Source of the DNA: Eledone cirrhosa
Taxonomy: Eukaryota
Length of the DNA stretch: 64,000 bases
Direction of reading: 5' to 3'
Assembly (NCBI GenBank): GCA_964016885.1
Contig: OZ024742.1
Span: 137,888,001-137,952,000 of the forward strand
The position numbers and the translations under genes are program-made. Below the pieces are notes generated by a model. The model saw nothing but the letters and a program-made list of their open reading frames with translations, made no database searches and had not been told where the DNA came from. Shown in pieces: positions 46,899 to 60,789 of the stretch; the first letter of the stretch is position 1; every line of letters starts with the position of its first letter.

Positions 46899-47096
46899 CT
46901 CTCTCTCTATTATATATATATATATATTCAGGACCTCCACGGATGAGCTCCGGCCGTTTCGACAGCTAGATTCTTTTATGTTTAGTGGTTCACCACTAGA
47001 TAGAACTGGTCATACCGTTTAGTGAACCATGATATAATAGTAGGAAAAAGCACTCTACGTTAAGCGTACGTTACATATATACATGCATACTTATTT

Positions 47097-47127
<31 letters not shown>

Positions 47128-47697
47128 CACATGCACACACACATACGCACACACACACATATATATATATATAGTTATATATATATGTCTGTGTGATTGT
47201 GTGTGTGTGCTTGTGTGTATGTGTGGATGTTAGTGCTCGCATGAGTTGGTACACGTGTGATTGTGTATAACGTAACTGGAAAGCCGTGACAATATGTCTA
47301 CTTGATCTGTATCATATGAGGCTAAATATCAGCAACACTGTTACTACAAGTACTAATCTTATTACTAACGGCCAAAACTATTAGGTGATCGACTTCCTAA
47401 CACCAACATTTCTTATAAAAGTTAAGCCATCATAAAATCTTCTTGCTCAATTATCATCCACAGCATCATCAACACAAACTGCTAATCACCAATGTCATTG
47501 CCGTCACCATTTTCATCATTCTCATGATCCTTATCGTCACACCCACCACACTTCTACCGCTACCATTGCTATCTCCCATACCATCTCATGAAAACTTTCC
47601 TCGCATAACCATTTCATCCCTTCACTGCAACACACACATATGTATATATATCTATATATATATGTAATTATACATGTGTAGACACCCTACAAACACG

Positions 47698-47744
<47 letters not shown>

Positions 47745-47752
<8 letters not shown>

Positions 47753-48280
47753 AAAAAAAGATGAAATCGAAAATGCAACTGGAGTCTTATTTAAAAAAAA
47801 ATATATATATATATTTGGTTCCTTTACCGGTTTCGCAGTTCTTCTGCTTTTAAAAAGTAGAGTTGAGATGGAGGGTCTGTGATTTTTCTCACATCTGGTT
47901 GGTCTCTGAATGTTACTTGTTTTATATGGAAAAAAGTGACTCGAAATGCCATGTTTTTAGATAAGTAATTTGATTGGTTGGTCAATAATTATAATAAATT
48001 TCGCGCCAGTTCGCGCTACAAAGTTTTTCAACAGAAGAACTTTGTAATGCAATCAAATTACTTCTCTAAAAACCTGGCATTTCGAGCCACTTTTTTCCAT
48101 ATAAAACAAGTAACATTCAGAGACCAACCAGATGTGAAAAAAACCACAGACCCTCCATCTCAACTCTACTTTTGAAAAGTAGAAGAACCGCGAAACCGGT
48201 AAAGGAACCAAATAAATATATATATATTTTTTTTAAATAAGACTTCAGTTGCATTTTCGATTTCATCTTTTTTTCCTTAT
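47745..48280. mobile_element. Palindromic non-coding PLE-derived element with degenerate HHR
   Basis: ~230-bp inverted arms 47747-47975 / 48051-48279; CTT-TTGAAAA-GYAG AAGAA CYGC-GAAAC CG GTA-AAG at ~48169-48204. Confidence 0.6.
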
Positions 48281-48342
48281 ACTTTCACTCGTGTAGGACA
48301 TCTCGGTTATTTTTCATTTTGTAAAAAAAAACCTCACTTTCT

Positions 48343-48467
<125 letters not shown>

Positions 48468-49252
48468 TACGTATGTATATATACACTTACACAGGCACAC
48501 ACACTTACACACAGATATACATACCAACATGCATAGATATATGAACAACTAAACAGAAACTAAACTGAAATTCCATTCTTCGTATTAAATGTAAATTAGT
48601 TTGAGGTTCGTTGCACTATATCCCTTGGGGATGTAGCTAAATCACAAATATGGACCCACATGAACTACTAAATTGGATCTAACTGATTCCCGTTCTTATG
48701 AGATTCTATTGCAACATTAAAATCGATGTCTAATTCACTGTTGCATTATTAGAGTTGAGAAAATTGCTTTTGCGATTGTTTAACAGTCAATCGTTTAAAT
48801 GTTACCCATTTCACTATGTCTACATAATTATATATTACGAACATTTCTGTCAAATGTTTATTAATTCCATGTATAAGTAGAATATATAGAACTTCGAAGC
48901 TTTCGGACTGGTTGTTACGATAAATGTTATTCTTATTCTTAATTTGTTTTATCAAGTAGCGATCTCCTACTGAGTTTACTCGGAATGACTACATTTTCTA
49001 TATAGTGTGTATGTGTACTGTCCTGTATAATTATTATTACCTGTTTTTCAATCTTTCAAGTAATATTTCAGAACCAATGCAAACAGGTGGAAATAAACGG
49101 CTTTTTCAACAATTTTAAATATTGATGCGGTGGGTTGAGCTATTAGATATAACGGGCTATAATCATTTTTCTATCAAATGACATAAAGATATACTCACAA
49201 TGCATCTAATCATAGATATATTCAATCAACGGCCTAAATGACAACATTAAAA

Positions 49253-49253
49253 A

Positions 49254-49316
<63 letters not shown>

Positions 49317-49328
49317 CACTACTACTAA
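49253..49328. repeat. (ACT)n microsatellite
   Basis: About 24 ACT units. Confidence 0.95.
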
Positions 49329-49404
49329 CAAAACAAACATGAGATACACTCGAGAAACCTTCCATTGATTCGTCCGACCTTCTGTTATTAGTCGTATAAT
49401 TTAG

Positions 49405-51310
49405 CAAAAGAGAGAGATGTGTCTCTTCAGTCCTTTCAACCTCGTCCACTACACATACTCTTTCCCTATGGTCATCAGGCAGATGAAAACTGTCCGCCCT
49501 TCCCGGCCTATAAAAGGCAGTGGAACGATCTGCACTATGGACTCGGTCGATAGAGTAATCCGTCGAACACGCGACAACTGTTCGACATAACTCCAAAATC
49601 AGTAATGCACGGACTCTGGACAAGTGCATCCCGAAATGCTTTCGTTGCTCTACATGCATCTCGGGCAGGTCAATCTGACAGCTCTTCCGTGCCTGTATAG
49701 TTGATCTCGAACCGCCAGTGTCCCCCGATAACACTGCCAAGCGAGGGACTTCTGAAAGTTATCCATAGTGCCCAGCTCAGAGGTACTCCGAAAATGACTG
49801 GTCAGTTCAATTTCGTCGGCGCTCAGAGCCTCTCAAAAAGCGTCGTTGCCCACCTCAAATTATCTATAGAATTTTTGAGTGGAATTCCCACTGAGTGCAT
49901 TGTCCATCTGATAGTGGGAGAGAGTGCTTGGCAATACCCCAGATACAAGACGTCCAGTCCAGTCTCTTCTTGACCCTGGAGTGCAGCTAAATCAAGACGA
50001 CCTATAGAAAGGCCCGTTTCACAAACGGTGACCATCCCTGTTCACTATTTTAGAGTATCTGACGATACCATAAACTCAGCGCATTTTCGCGAAACGGTCG
50101 CGAAAGATGGCCATATAATTTTTACCAAGGAGCAGATGCCACTGTATATTGCAGCAATCCAGCCTCTGAAGACGGGAGCGAAGCCATCTGCCTTGAATAT
50201 GCTGGTGGAAAAAATCTCCCCTACCCTCTCAATTTCCTTACTTTGTGATATAAGTGCCATTAGTACTTCGTTGGCCCTTCATATTAATACAAAGTTTTTT
50301 GTCTGTGTTATCGGTTGTTCAGGTTGTGAACTTCGTTTCGGTGGCTGTGCTGTCTGCTTGGGAGGTGGCGGGGTATTTTGTGATGTTGTGGATATGTCTG
50401 TTTGTTGTGTGTCCGGTGTCTGCGTTTTCTGTTGTTTGTGTGTTTGTTTTTTTTATGTGCTTGTGTTTTTGTTTTTTAAATTGTCTTCCCTACGAAAATA
50501 TGAGGTTTCTGTATCTGATTCGAATGATTGTGTGTTTGTGTTTGTATGTGTATTATTGTGTTTATTTGCTTCGGAAGTGGAAGAGATTTCCTCGTTATAC
50601 CCTTGGGTTGGGTCTGTCTTATTTGGTGTTGGGGGTGGTTTAGCTGCTGCTCTTGGTGCTACTACTTTACGGTAACTGCTGGTGCTGGCCTTGCTGGTTG
50701 TGGAGTTTTACGTCCCAGCAGTGGTTTTTTTAGCAACGTAAGCTTGCGGCCCCTTCAATTTTTAGCTGAGAGAAAAAGGCTCGCAAATATGTTGCTTCCC
50801 CGCAGACGAAGCAGTGTGGTCTTCTACCTGTTTTTGCAGCCGCAGTAGCAAAATTGTTGTTGATGTTCGTTCTTTTGTTATTGGAGTTATTTTGGCCATT
50901 GCTGGTGGTGTCGTTCTGTTTGTCACTTCTGTTCTTCCTCTCGTTGTTTTTCATGTTGATGTTATCGTATCTTTTTTTTTTTGCAGATGTTGTTTGTATT
51001 GTTGTCATTAATTCCGTTGTTGTTCTGGTTTGTTTTGCTTTTGTTTTTTGTGCTGCTGCTGAGGTTGTTGTTGGCGATGTAACTATTCTCAATGTTTGAG
51101 CTGCTGTCACATAACAGCTAGCTCAACCTGAGGGGGGCGTGTTCTGTCCATGTTTCTTTTGACAGAAACTAAAAATAATAAAATTGTATTTTCACAAGGC
51201 AATGAATTGCACATAATATGCAGTTCGTAACAAGAATATTCAATAAATTCCATTTGAAAACAACTCAAAATAATCCATAGTGTGGAGCCGATATAAATAT
51301 GTCCGTCGCA
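49405..51310 (-). mobile_element. Heavily deleted Tx1-clade LINE (ORF1 start fused to RT/C-terminal pieces)
   Basis: HCFVCG zinc-knuckle remnant, FAPVFRGWIAAIYSGICS, LGYCQALSP; homologous to the 37-47 kb elements. Confidence 0.7.
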
Positions 51311-51469
51311 AATGAGAAACAAAATAATTGTTTCTACTTTTGGCACAAGGCCAGCAAATACCCCAGTGCATTACTGGTACTTTATTTTATAATTTGAAAC
51401 AAAATAATGATAATTCCACCATAAGCACAGAGTCAGCAAGTTGAAGGAAAAGAGAAAATCGATTAAATC

Positions 51470-51627
51470 CACCCCAGTGCATTACTGGTACTTTATTTTA
51501 TCGAGCCCAAAGGATAAAAGACAAAGCGAACCTCGGCGTCATTTGAATTCAGAACATAAAGGGTGATGACTCTATGTCAGAAAGCATAGTGTCCGATCCT
51601 CTACCGATACTGCGAATCCGCCACCCT
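51470..51627 (-). mobile_element. SINE family A-related copy (plus fragment 51325-51390)
   Basis: Reverse complement of head and core. Confidence 0.7.
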
Positions 51628-51670
51628 AATAATGATAACCATGTTTATCAATATATTATAATTTTGAGAA

Positions 51671-51739
<69 letters not shown>

Positions 51740-52133
51740 GTAAATATTTATATTATATTTTTTAATGTATTTTGAAAAATTGATTGAATTTTACTTGTTC
51801 TGCTTATCTTAATATTAAAGTTCTGGTGTATCAAATTAACACCATTGAACAACCCTGAATCATAGACAACCTATGTATTTCTAGGGGTACCTAGTATCCC
51901 TGGACATATTAACTTCTACCTTTTTCTCCGTCCGTTGAGAACAAATCTGTTGCTTTACTTGGCTGCTATTTTTTTAGTAGTAATTGTAGACAGCAAGTCT
52001 TTGATTTTCCCGCTTTTACTTCGGTCCAGTTTACATACGGGTCACTTTTACGACCTTTCAGACCTTTATTAGCTGGCAGGAGGTTGTATATTTTGTCGTT
52101 CCTGGGACGTTTAGCCCTAGGAAGGGAAAATGC

Positions 52134-52213
52134 TTCTCTGATGAGCTTTGGTTTTCCATCATAAATCCATCGGATTTATGAGGTTTTACAAAGCGAAACT
52201 GATCAGTAAGGGC
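52134..52213 (+). ncRNA. Type I hammerhead ribozyme, unit 1
   Basis: CTGATGA 52138-52144, stem II GCTTTG/CAAAGC with internal 10-bp hairpin, GAAA 52195-52198, palindromic stem III ACTGATCAGT, GTA triplet 52206-52208; stem I short (TTCT/AGGG). Confidence 0.78.
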
Positions 52214-52618
52214 CACTAGAAGAGGTAAATATTTATATTATATTTTTTAATGTATTTTGAAAAATTGATTGAATTTTACTTGTTCTGCTTATCTTAATAT
52301 TAAAGTTCTGGTGTATCAAATTAACACCATTGAACAACCCTGAATCATAGACAACCTATGTATTTCTAGGGGTACCTAGTATCCCTGGACATATTAACTT
52401 CTACCTTTTTCTCCGTCCGTTGAGAACAAATCTGTTGCTTTACTTGGCTGCTATTTTTTTAGTAGTAATTGTAGACAGCAAGTCTTTGATTTTCCCGCTT
52501 TTACTTCGGTCCAGTTTACATACGGGTCACTTTTACGACCTTTCAGACCTTTATTAGCTGGCAGGAGGTTGTATATTTTGTCGTTCCTGGGACGTTTAGC
52601 CCTAGGAAGGGAAAATGC

Positions 52619-52698
52619 TTCTCTGATGAGCTTTGGTTTTCCATCATAAATCCATCGGATTTATGAGGTTTTACAAAGTGAAACTGATCAGTAAGGGC
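52619..52698 (+). ncRNA. Type I hammerhead ribozyme, unit 2
   Basis: Same as unit 1 except C>T just before GAAA (G-U at the base of stem II). Confidence 0.75.
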
Positions 52699-52778
52699 CA
52701 CTAGAAGAGGTAAATATTTATATTATATTTTTTAATGTATTTTGAAAAATTGATTGAATTTTACTTGTTCTGCTTATC

Positions 52779-52810
<32 letters not shown>

Positions 52811-52815
<5 letters not shown>

Positions 52816-53523
52816 GCGATGAAATACCAATGATGGTTGGAAGATCACTGATGAAGGACTAACTTTATTCATATGTAACCCATTAGCAACCACGCAGCAC
52901 GTTTATTCTCATATTTACACATATTTTTTCCCCCGCTGTGACCCGTGTATTTCGTTCTTATTGCTTTCTCTTTCTCTCTATCTTTACCCTCTCTAGCAGT
53001 CCCTCTCTCTGTTAGCCTCTTCCTCACCCTTCACTCACTCATTCTCTGTTACTACCTCTCCTCCTCCTTCTTCCCGTTTGACCTGTGCGTAATTCTTTTC
53101 TTTCGCACCCTTGGTCTGGCAGGTCGCTTTTTTTCTCTCTCTCGTCTACGATTTCACAGAACTTACGTTCACCGAATTCACAGACTAGATCCCTTCTTCC
53201 TTCAGTTAGACCTGTAGGGAATTCTTTCCTTGCTCACATTCCAACGAGGTTTGATGGTCTTTATTCTCTCTCCTTCACGATTTCACCGAATTTATATTCA
53301 TCGAAATTTGGGACTTGACTCCTTCTTCGTCACTTTTCGTTGCTTCACCATCTTTGTTTGTTTACACTCGTGTCCCCTTTATTTACGTGTCCCAACGACT
53401 TTTTTTAGCCGTTGCTCGCACCAACCGGAGGTATATGGTCTTTAAAGCGATGAAATACCAATGATGATTGGAAGACCAATGATGATTGGAAGATCACTGA
53501 TGAAGGACTAACTTTATTCATAT
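52811..53523 (+). mobile_element. Non-coding insert with ~63-bp terminal direct repeats
   Basis: 52811-52873 repeated at 53442-53523 (with 18-bp internal duplication); pyrimidine-rich body; (TA)n on both sides. Confidence 0.55.
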
Positions 53524-53556
53524 ATATATATATGTATATGTATATATATATATATG

Positions 53557-53704
<148 letters not shown>

Positions 53705-53744
53705 CCAGCATGGCCTCAGCCGGATGGCTGAAACAGGTAAAAGA

Positions 53745-54679
<935 letters not shown>

Positions 54680-54856
54680 TATATATATATATATATACAA
54701 TATATTAACAAATGGAAACTATATTTATAAATATGGTTTTATAAATATAGTTTCCATGTGTTAATATATTGTTTTTATTCCAATAATTTGTTGAGTGCTT
54801 TATATCAGTTATAAAAATATTTTCTTGTTGTATCCCAACAAATTAAATATAACTTC

Positions 54857-54931
<75 letters not shown>

Positions 54932-55574
54932 TTCTAACTAATCCGAATGGCTCCATTAGGCATGATTTTACCAAACACATTATGGTACATACTTACACGG
55001 AATGATAGACAGCAAAACACCACAGTAAACATATTGAGATATGCAGTTACATTTTATATAACAAATACAATATAGGAAATTTAAACAATATACATGTAAC
55101 ATGTTGAAATTAGTAATAAAATATGTTTTAATTACGAAAATATATTAACTCAATTATTTCAAAATATCAACATATGTATATAAAATTTAATTAATGTTTT
55201 TCTTCATTCTCTGTGATATCATTAAACCTTAGATTAGAAACCACATGATCAGATCTAGACACAATCAGTGTAGAACTGCTGTTAGTTATGTCAGAATGTG
55301 GCAATTTGCATGTGCTCTAAAAGAATAGATTGTTTGTTTTCTCCTATACCAAGCAGCTTCCTGAGTCATCGGAAAGGAATTTACACGTTTCTATGTCTGT
55401 CTTTCTCTCCCACTCCCCCGATACTCTCTATGTCTTTATATTACCCTTCGCACTTATATGTAGGTATCTATATATATTTATTACACAGAAGACCAACATT
55501 TCATAGACATAATTATGTGTAAATAGATAAATACATTATCACGCGTGCACACACACACGCACAGATATATACAA

Positions 55575-55611
<37 letters not shown>

Positions 55612-55698
55612 AATAGACATGCGCCAGCTGATGGGTTTTAGCCATGCATATTCTATTTCTTTTCATATCACTCTCTTATTATTTTTGTCTATCTCTCT

Positions 55699-55734
<36 letters not shown>

Positions 55735-55952
55735 TGGAGCGATCGACTTTCGTCAAATCGGACCGAGGAAACAATGTTTCCGTTGGTCTTTCTAATTGCT
55801 AATACTATCTATCGGTCGCAACTCCAGGTAGAAGGAGCAACGTTAAATGAAGTGTCTTGCTCAAGGACATAACGCATCGTCTGGTCCAGGAATCGAAGTC
55901 ACAACCTTACGATTGCGAATCCAATTCTCTAACCACTCAGCCACACGCCTTC
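55735..55952 (-). mobile_element. SINE family B, full length
   Basis: Reverse complement of the 27142-27332 family. Confidence 0.8.
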
Positions 55953-55964
55953 ACTTTCTTCATT

Positions 55965-56008
<44 letters not shown>

Positions 56009-56430
56009 CATATATAAAGAATGAATAATAACAGGTAGACATCATAAAAAGGTAGTTTATTCCGTGTGCTTACAAGTGTTTCCACGGTGGTGCTGCAGCC
56101 TAGTTCCGCTACGTGCAAATTCACAAGTATTTGCAGAACTCGAATATCCAATGCTGCAGCACCACCGTGGAAACACTTGTAAGCACACGGAATAAACTAC
56201 CTTTTTATGATGTCTACCTGTTATTATTCATTCTTTATATACACTCCGGAACACTGAAGGATCAGGAACTAAGTTTCTTGAACAATTCTTCCATAACTCG
56301 TATAGTAACCTCTTACCGTACGTCAACCATATCCAGTGTAGAAATTAACCATTACTACATCTAGGATAATCCTATACCTAATAATCGCCTCCTACACAGT
56401 TGAGAAACCACACTGACACACGGCATTAAT

Positions 56431-58758
56431 ATGGAAAGGCATCATATAGGTATGTCACTTAAAAACATACCTATACCTAACAAAAGGGAATATATTCTCA
56501 GTATGATTCAACGCTGTAAAGACTTCATTCGGCGTGTACGATGGAAAGCTTTCCACTTCGATAAAGGACGCACCAGTCACTCGTCTGAATCATATGGTTT
56601 TAAATCATGTAAAAACCCACCTACAAACCCTCACCTCGAAGCTTTCGAACAGGACTTATTGAAAACTACCATGAACATTAAGTTCAACAGACATAGAAAT
56701 AATGAGCTGCAGAACAACATGAAAGCACTACTCCGAAGATTGCAAAATACCAATGGAATTGTTGTGAAAGCTGACAAGACTTCGAACGTGTATACCATGG
56801 ATATCGATACGTATAATAACTTCATACGCAACGAACTACACAAAAAATATAGAAAAACAAATGAAACTACGCTAGCAAATATTAACAACGAGGCATATAA
56901 AGTGGTAAAGAATCTCAAGATAGACGATAGAACCGAGCCGATTATACCCGCTACCCCCACCTTCAACCTGAAGGACCATAAGGTAAATTTTGACTCTAAC
57001 CCTAAGATTAGACTTATATGCCCTTCTAAATCAGACATAGGGAAAATTAGTAAACATATACTTGACAGAGTAATAACTCAAGTGAAAAAGAAAATTGAAA
57101 TTAAATTATGGGGCAACACTAGCGAAGCAATTCGCTGGTTTAATAATGTTAAGAATAAGAATAAATCTAAGTTTGTACAATTTGACATAGACGAATACTA
57201 CTCTTCCATCTCACCAAGCACTTTACGTAAGGCCCTATCGTTTGCTAAGGCCAATTCCGACCTAACAGAGGACGAAATTAATATTATTCTCGAGGCTAGA
57301 AAAACCATTATTAAGTTCGATAACTGCTACTGGGAACGTAAGGACAGACCCACAAATTTCGATATTACCATGGGTTCCAACGACTCGGCGGAGGTCACGG
57401 ATCTCGTTGGAATTTACATAGCCCACATATTACATAGTAGATTTAGTAATCTACAGGGGGGGATATACAGAGATGACGGGCTCTTATTAGTTAATAACTT
57501 GAATAACCAAAATCTTGAAAGGCTACGGAAAAATATTAGAAAATCTTTTAGTGAACTGGGTCTAAAAATAACATACGAATACAATCTTAAGGTAGTAAAC
57601 TTTCTGGACGTAACTCTTAATTTAAATACCGGACAGATACGACCCTTCCACAAGGTAAATGAGAACCTTACGTATATTGACTTTAACTCTAACCACCCAC
57701 TCTCCATGATCAAATCAGTTCCCCGGAGTATTTCTCTTAGAATCTCTCGCCTATCGTCTAACTCTGATATTTTTAGCGAACATGCTGAATACTACAATAA
57801 TGCATTAAGGAATGCTGACCACCGGGATACAATAGAATACATCGATAGTAATTTCCACAACACACATAGCTCTACACGTAATCAAGGTATACGTAACCGG
57901 GGGACTAAAACACAAGCACACACACACTGTACTACCAGACATACTAATAATAGAAGATCACCACCAAATAAATCACGTTGTAGAAAGTATATCTGGTATA
58001 ATCCTATTTTTAATGCCTCGATTAGTACAAAACTATCTCTTTCATTCTTTAAATTAATCAATAAACACTTCCCTAGTTCCCATAAGTACAGAAAAATTCT
58101 GAACTCCAAAACTATTAGACTATCATACTCCACGGCACCAAACCTTGAAGCATACATAAAAAAACTTAACTTAAGGCAATTAAATAACTCTACAAAACAA
58201 AACATTTTAGTAACAGATAGGCAGAACGCAATATCTGTCTCCCAACCACTAAATGGGAGACGGGTATTGCACAACCCACCTGTACCGCTATCACAACCTA
58301 TCCAGGGTGTACCCGCTACCCACAACAAAGCATGTAACTGCCATCTACCTGAAAGATGTCCATTGCAGAATGAATGCCTAAAGTCCAACATTGTTTACCA
58401 ATGCACGGTTGAATCAGACGACCAGAAATGGTATTATATCGGATCTACCACCACATCGTTTAAATCTCGCTGGTACCGTCATCGATTCTCAATCAAACAT
58501 CAGAATCACCGTTTTGTGACCACGCTCGCCAACAATACCTGGCAACTCCGTGAACACAACCAACAGTTCACCTTAAAATGGGATATACTTTCCAGCGCAA
58601 ATGCATATCGGAGTGGTTTGAAGTACTGCAGGTTATGTAACCTTGAGCTATTTTACATACTAAAATCCAAAAACAAACTACTTAACGATAGAATTGAACG
58701 ATCATTATACTGCAACCACAAACTAAAAGCTAAATTCTCTCACTATAAAATAACTTAA
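56431..58758 (+). CDS. PLE polyprotein: reverse transcriptase + GIY-YIG endonuclease (775 aa, Nematis-like)
   Basis: SLKNIPIP, KADKT, LKDHK, FDIDEYYSSI, MGSNDSAE, YRDDGL, FLDV; Cys linker CNC....CPL...CL; IVY..YIGST..FKSRW..H..CRLC..E..LN; uninterrupted. Confidence 0.93.
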   Translation: MERHHIGMSLKNIPIPNKREYILSMIQRCKDFIRRVRWKAFHFDKGRTSHSSESYGFKSCKNPPTNPHLEAFEQDLLKTTMNIKFNRHRNNELQNNMKALLRRLQNTNGIVVKADKTSNVYTMDIDTYNNFIRNELHKKYRKTNETTLANINNEAYKVVKNLKIDDRTEPIIPATPTFNLKDHKVNFDSNPKIRLICPSKSDIGKISKHILDRVITQVKKKIEIKLWGNTSEAIRWFNNVKNKNKSKFVQFDIDEYYSSISPSTLRKALSFAKANSDLTEDEINIILEARKTIIKFDNCYWERKDRPTNFDITMGSNDSAEVTDLVGIYIAHILHSRFSNLQGGIYRDDGLLLVNNLNNQNLERLRKNIRKSFSELGLKITYEYNLKVVNFLDVTLNLNTGQIRPFHKVNENLTYIDFNSNHPLSMIKSVPRSISLRISRLSSNSDIFSEHAEYYNNALRNADHRDTIEYIDSNFHNTHSSTRNQGIRNRGTKTQAHTHCTTRHTNNRRSPPNKSRCRKYIWYNPIFNASISTKLSLSFFKLINKHFPSSHKYRKILNSKTIRLSYSTAPNLEAYIKKLNLRQLNNSTKQNILVTDRQNAISVSQPLNGRRVLHNPPVPLSQPIQGVPATHNKACNCHLPERCPLQNECLKSNIVYQCTVESDDQKWYYIGSTTTSFKSRWYRHRFSIKHQNHRFVTTLANNTWQLREHNQQFTLKWDILSSANAYRSGLKYCRLCNLELFYILKSKNKLLNDRIERSLYCNHKLKAKFSHYKIT

Positions 58759-59249
58759 CATTCGAACCCATAACTACAACACCACTTTCTAGCTAACAAC
58801 CTTCTCTTCCCCCCACACTACAAGACAATACACTGCTTATCACTATACATGGTAACTCAGTACAACTCCTAGAATACTACTACAAAACCAAAAGTTCACT
58901 CACCACACATATTTATCTGTCCCCTCTCTACCTATATATCTCTCTCTACATCCATTACACTCTCTCTCTCTCACCTTTGACCTACCTCCCTCTCAACATT
59001 TATGAACCTGCCCTCTGGGGCAATAAATAATTCCGACCTCAACTATCTACCCATATCTCCAAAAGTAACTAATAAAACCCCTACCATAACATTTTGATTA
59101 AGACATCTACAAGCCACTCTCTCCTACTTCTCCAACCCCTGCATATCTTTCTTTCTCTCTCCTTCTTCCCTTCTTTTCTCTCTTCCTGTTCCACTCTATC
59201 TTCCCCAACAACCCCACTTAAGGGTTTTTACATTGTATATTTACCATTC

Positions 59250-59361
59250 TGCTCTGAGGAAACAGTGGTCACAGCATTGGATATTCGAGTTCTGCAAATA
59301 CTTGTGAATTTGCACGTAGCGGAACTAGGCTGCAGCACCACCGTGGAAACACTTGTAAGCA
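59250..59361 (+). ncRNA. Type I hammerhead ribozyme in 3' pLTR with extended stem/loop II
   Basis: TGCT-CTGAGGA-AACAGTGGT...(AGTTCTGC/GCGGAACT, TGCAAAT/ATTTGCA)...ACCACCGTG-GAAAC ACTT GTA-AGCA. Confidence 0.72.
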
Positions 59362-59556
59362 CACGGAATAAACTACCTTTTTATGATGTCTACCTGTTAT
59401 TATTCATTCTTTATATACACTCCGGAACACTGAAGGATCAGGAACTAAGTTTCTTGAACAATTCTTCCATAACTCGTAGAGTAACCTCTTACCGTACGTC
59501 AACCATATCCAGTGTAGTAATTAACCATCACTACATCTTGGATAATCCTATACCTA

Positions 59557-59659
<103 letters not shown>

Positions 59660-60789
59660 ATAATAACGGTCCGATTTTTCTTCAATTTGTGGGATTTTGC
59701 AGCCACGTTGATGTTATAGAATCACTTGTACGTGATGATCGTGACCTAATTGCACATACTTCTGGAAATATGCGACTGCAATTGATTATATTTTTACATT
59801 TATAAAGCACTTGTGCTCAACATTATTCTAGATGAGATCATTGTAATATTCCACTCTACCCCAAGAAAGTCAGTCACGAAATCACTTATCTGAGGGTACT
59901 GAGCTAACATTTGCAATCACATTTGTCTACCCATGCAGCGCTCTCAGCTATAATTGCTTATTGTTAAATAATGGAATACATCTAAGGCTTCTGATATCAT
60001 ATAACATTTTGAAGGTTCTTGAGTTTCGTGCCTTGTCCAAACATGGCACCACGATGTTAACAAATAAGTATCTACATCATGCATGTTTACTGATATCTCT
60101 TCTTTGTTCCAATGAAATATGGCTACTTTTCACGTATCAGGTAAAGGTCTTGAAGTTGGAGACATATTCAGAACAACAGGCGTGCAGCTTGTGTATTGGT
60201 ATTGAAACATCATTTATGTGGGAGCGGACACATTATATAAGTTGATGAGCAGAGACTCCCGAAACAAGAAGGCACCTTGGATCTTGCGTATGGATAACGC
60301 CCTCCATCATACATCTAGGTTGCGGTTTCTGTCGTCTGTGGAAACATTTGATGTTCGAAAGGAGAGATGGGAAAGAAATGCTACTAATATAGAAAATAGA
60401 TATACTATTGCGGAGATTATTTTGAAAATAATTAGACCTTGCCTAATTCATGTCTGCAAATAATGAAATGGATGAGTGTATCTTAGTTTATGTTAATATT
60501 GGTCGTATATGTATTTCCAAGGCTGGTTTAATTCATCGCCAACGAATTAATAAGATCAGATCTAATATTAAATGTATTAAGTATACAAAAAGATATTGTG
60601 AAATAGGTAGCTCATGTCACAAAATCTGCAAATCTCTTGGTGGATTAAAAGAAGACAAGGGGTAAACAGGTGTGCATAGGTGCAGCATCATTGGTAAAAT
60701 CTGCTATAGTAGCTTAGTAGGATTAAAAGCCACTGTCCAAGATTCGATTAATAGTCAAGGATAGTTTTCTTCGAACATAAGTGACCTAT

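Larger units (their letters stand above)
51736..52785 (+). mobile_element. Retrozyme-like tandem repeat, 485-bp unit x 2.16, one HHR per unit
   Basis: Units start at 51736, 52221, 52706 (AGAGGTAAAT); nearly identical; no ORF; flanked by (TA)n on both sides. Confidence 0.8.

Noticed and set aside
52818-52860. GAAA...CTGATGA as a type II hammerhead
   Set aside because: No room for an NUH triplet plus closed stem I between the motifs
57882-58391. Antisense ORFs overlapping PLE and LINE coding regions
   Set aside because: Shadow frames of the true RT ORFs
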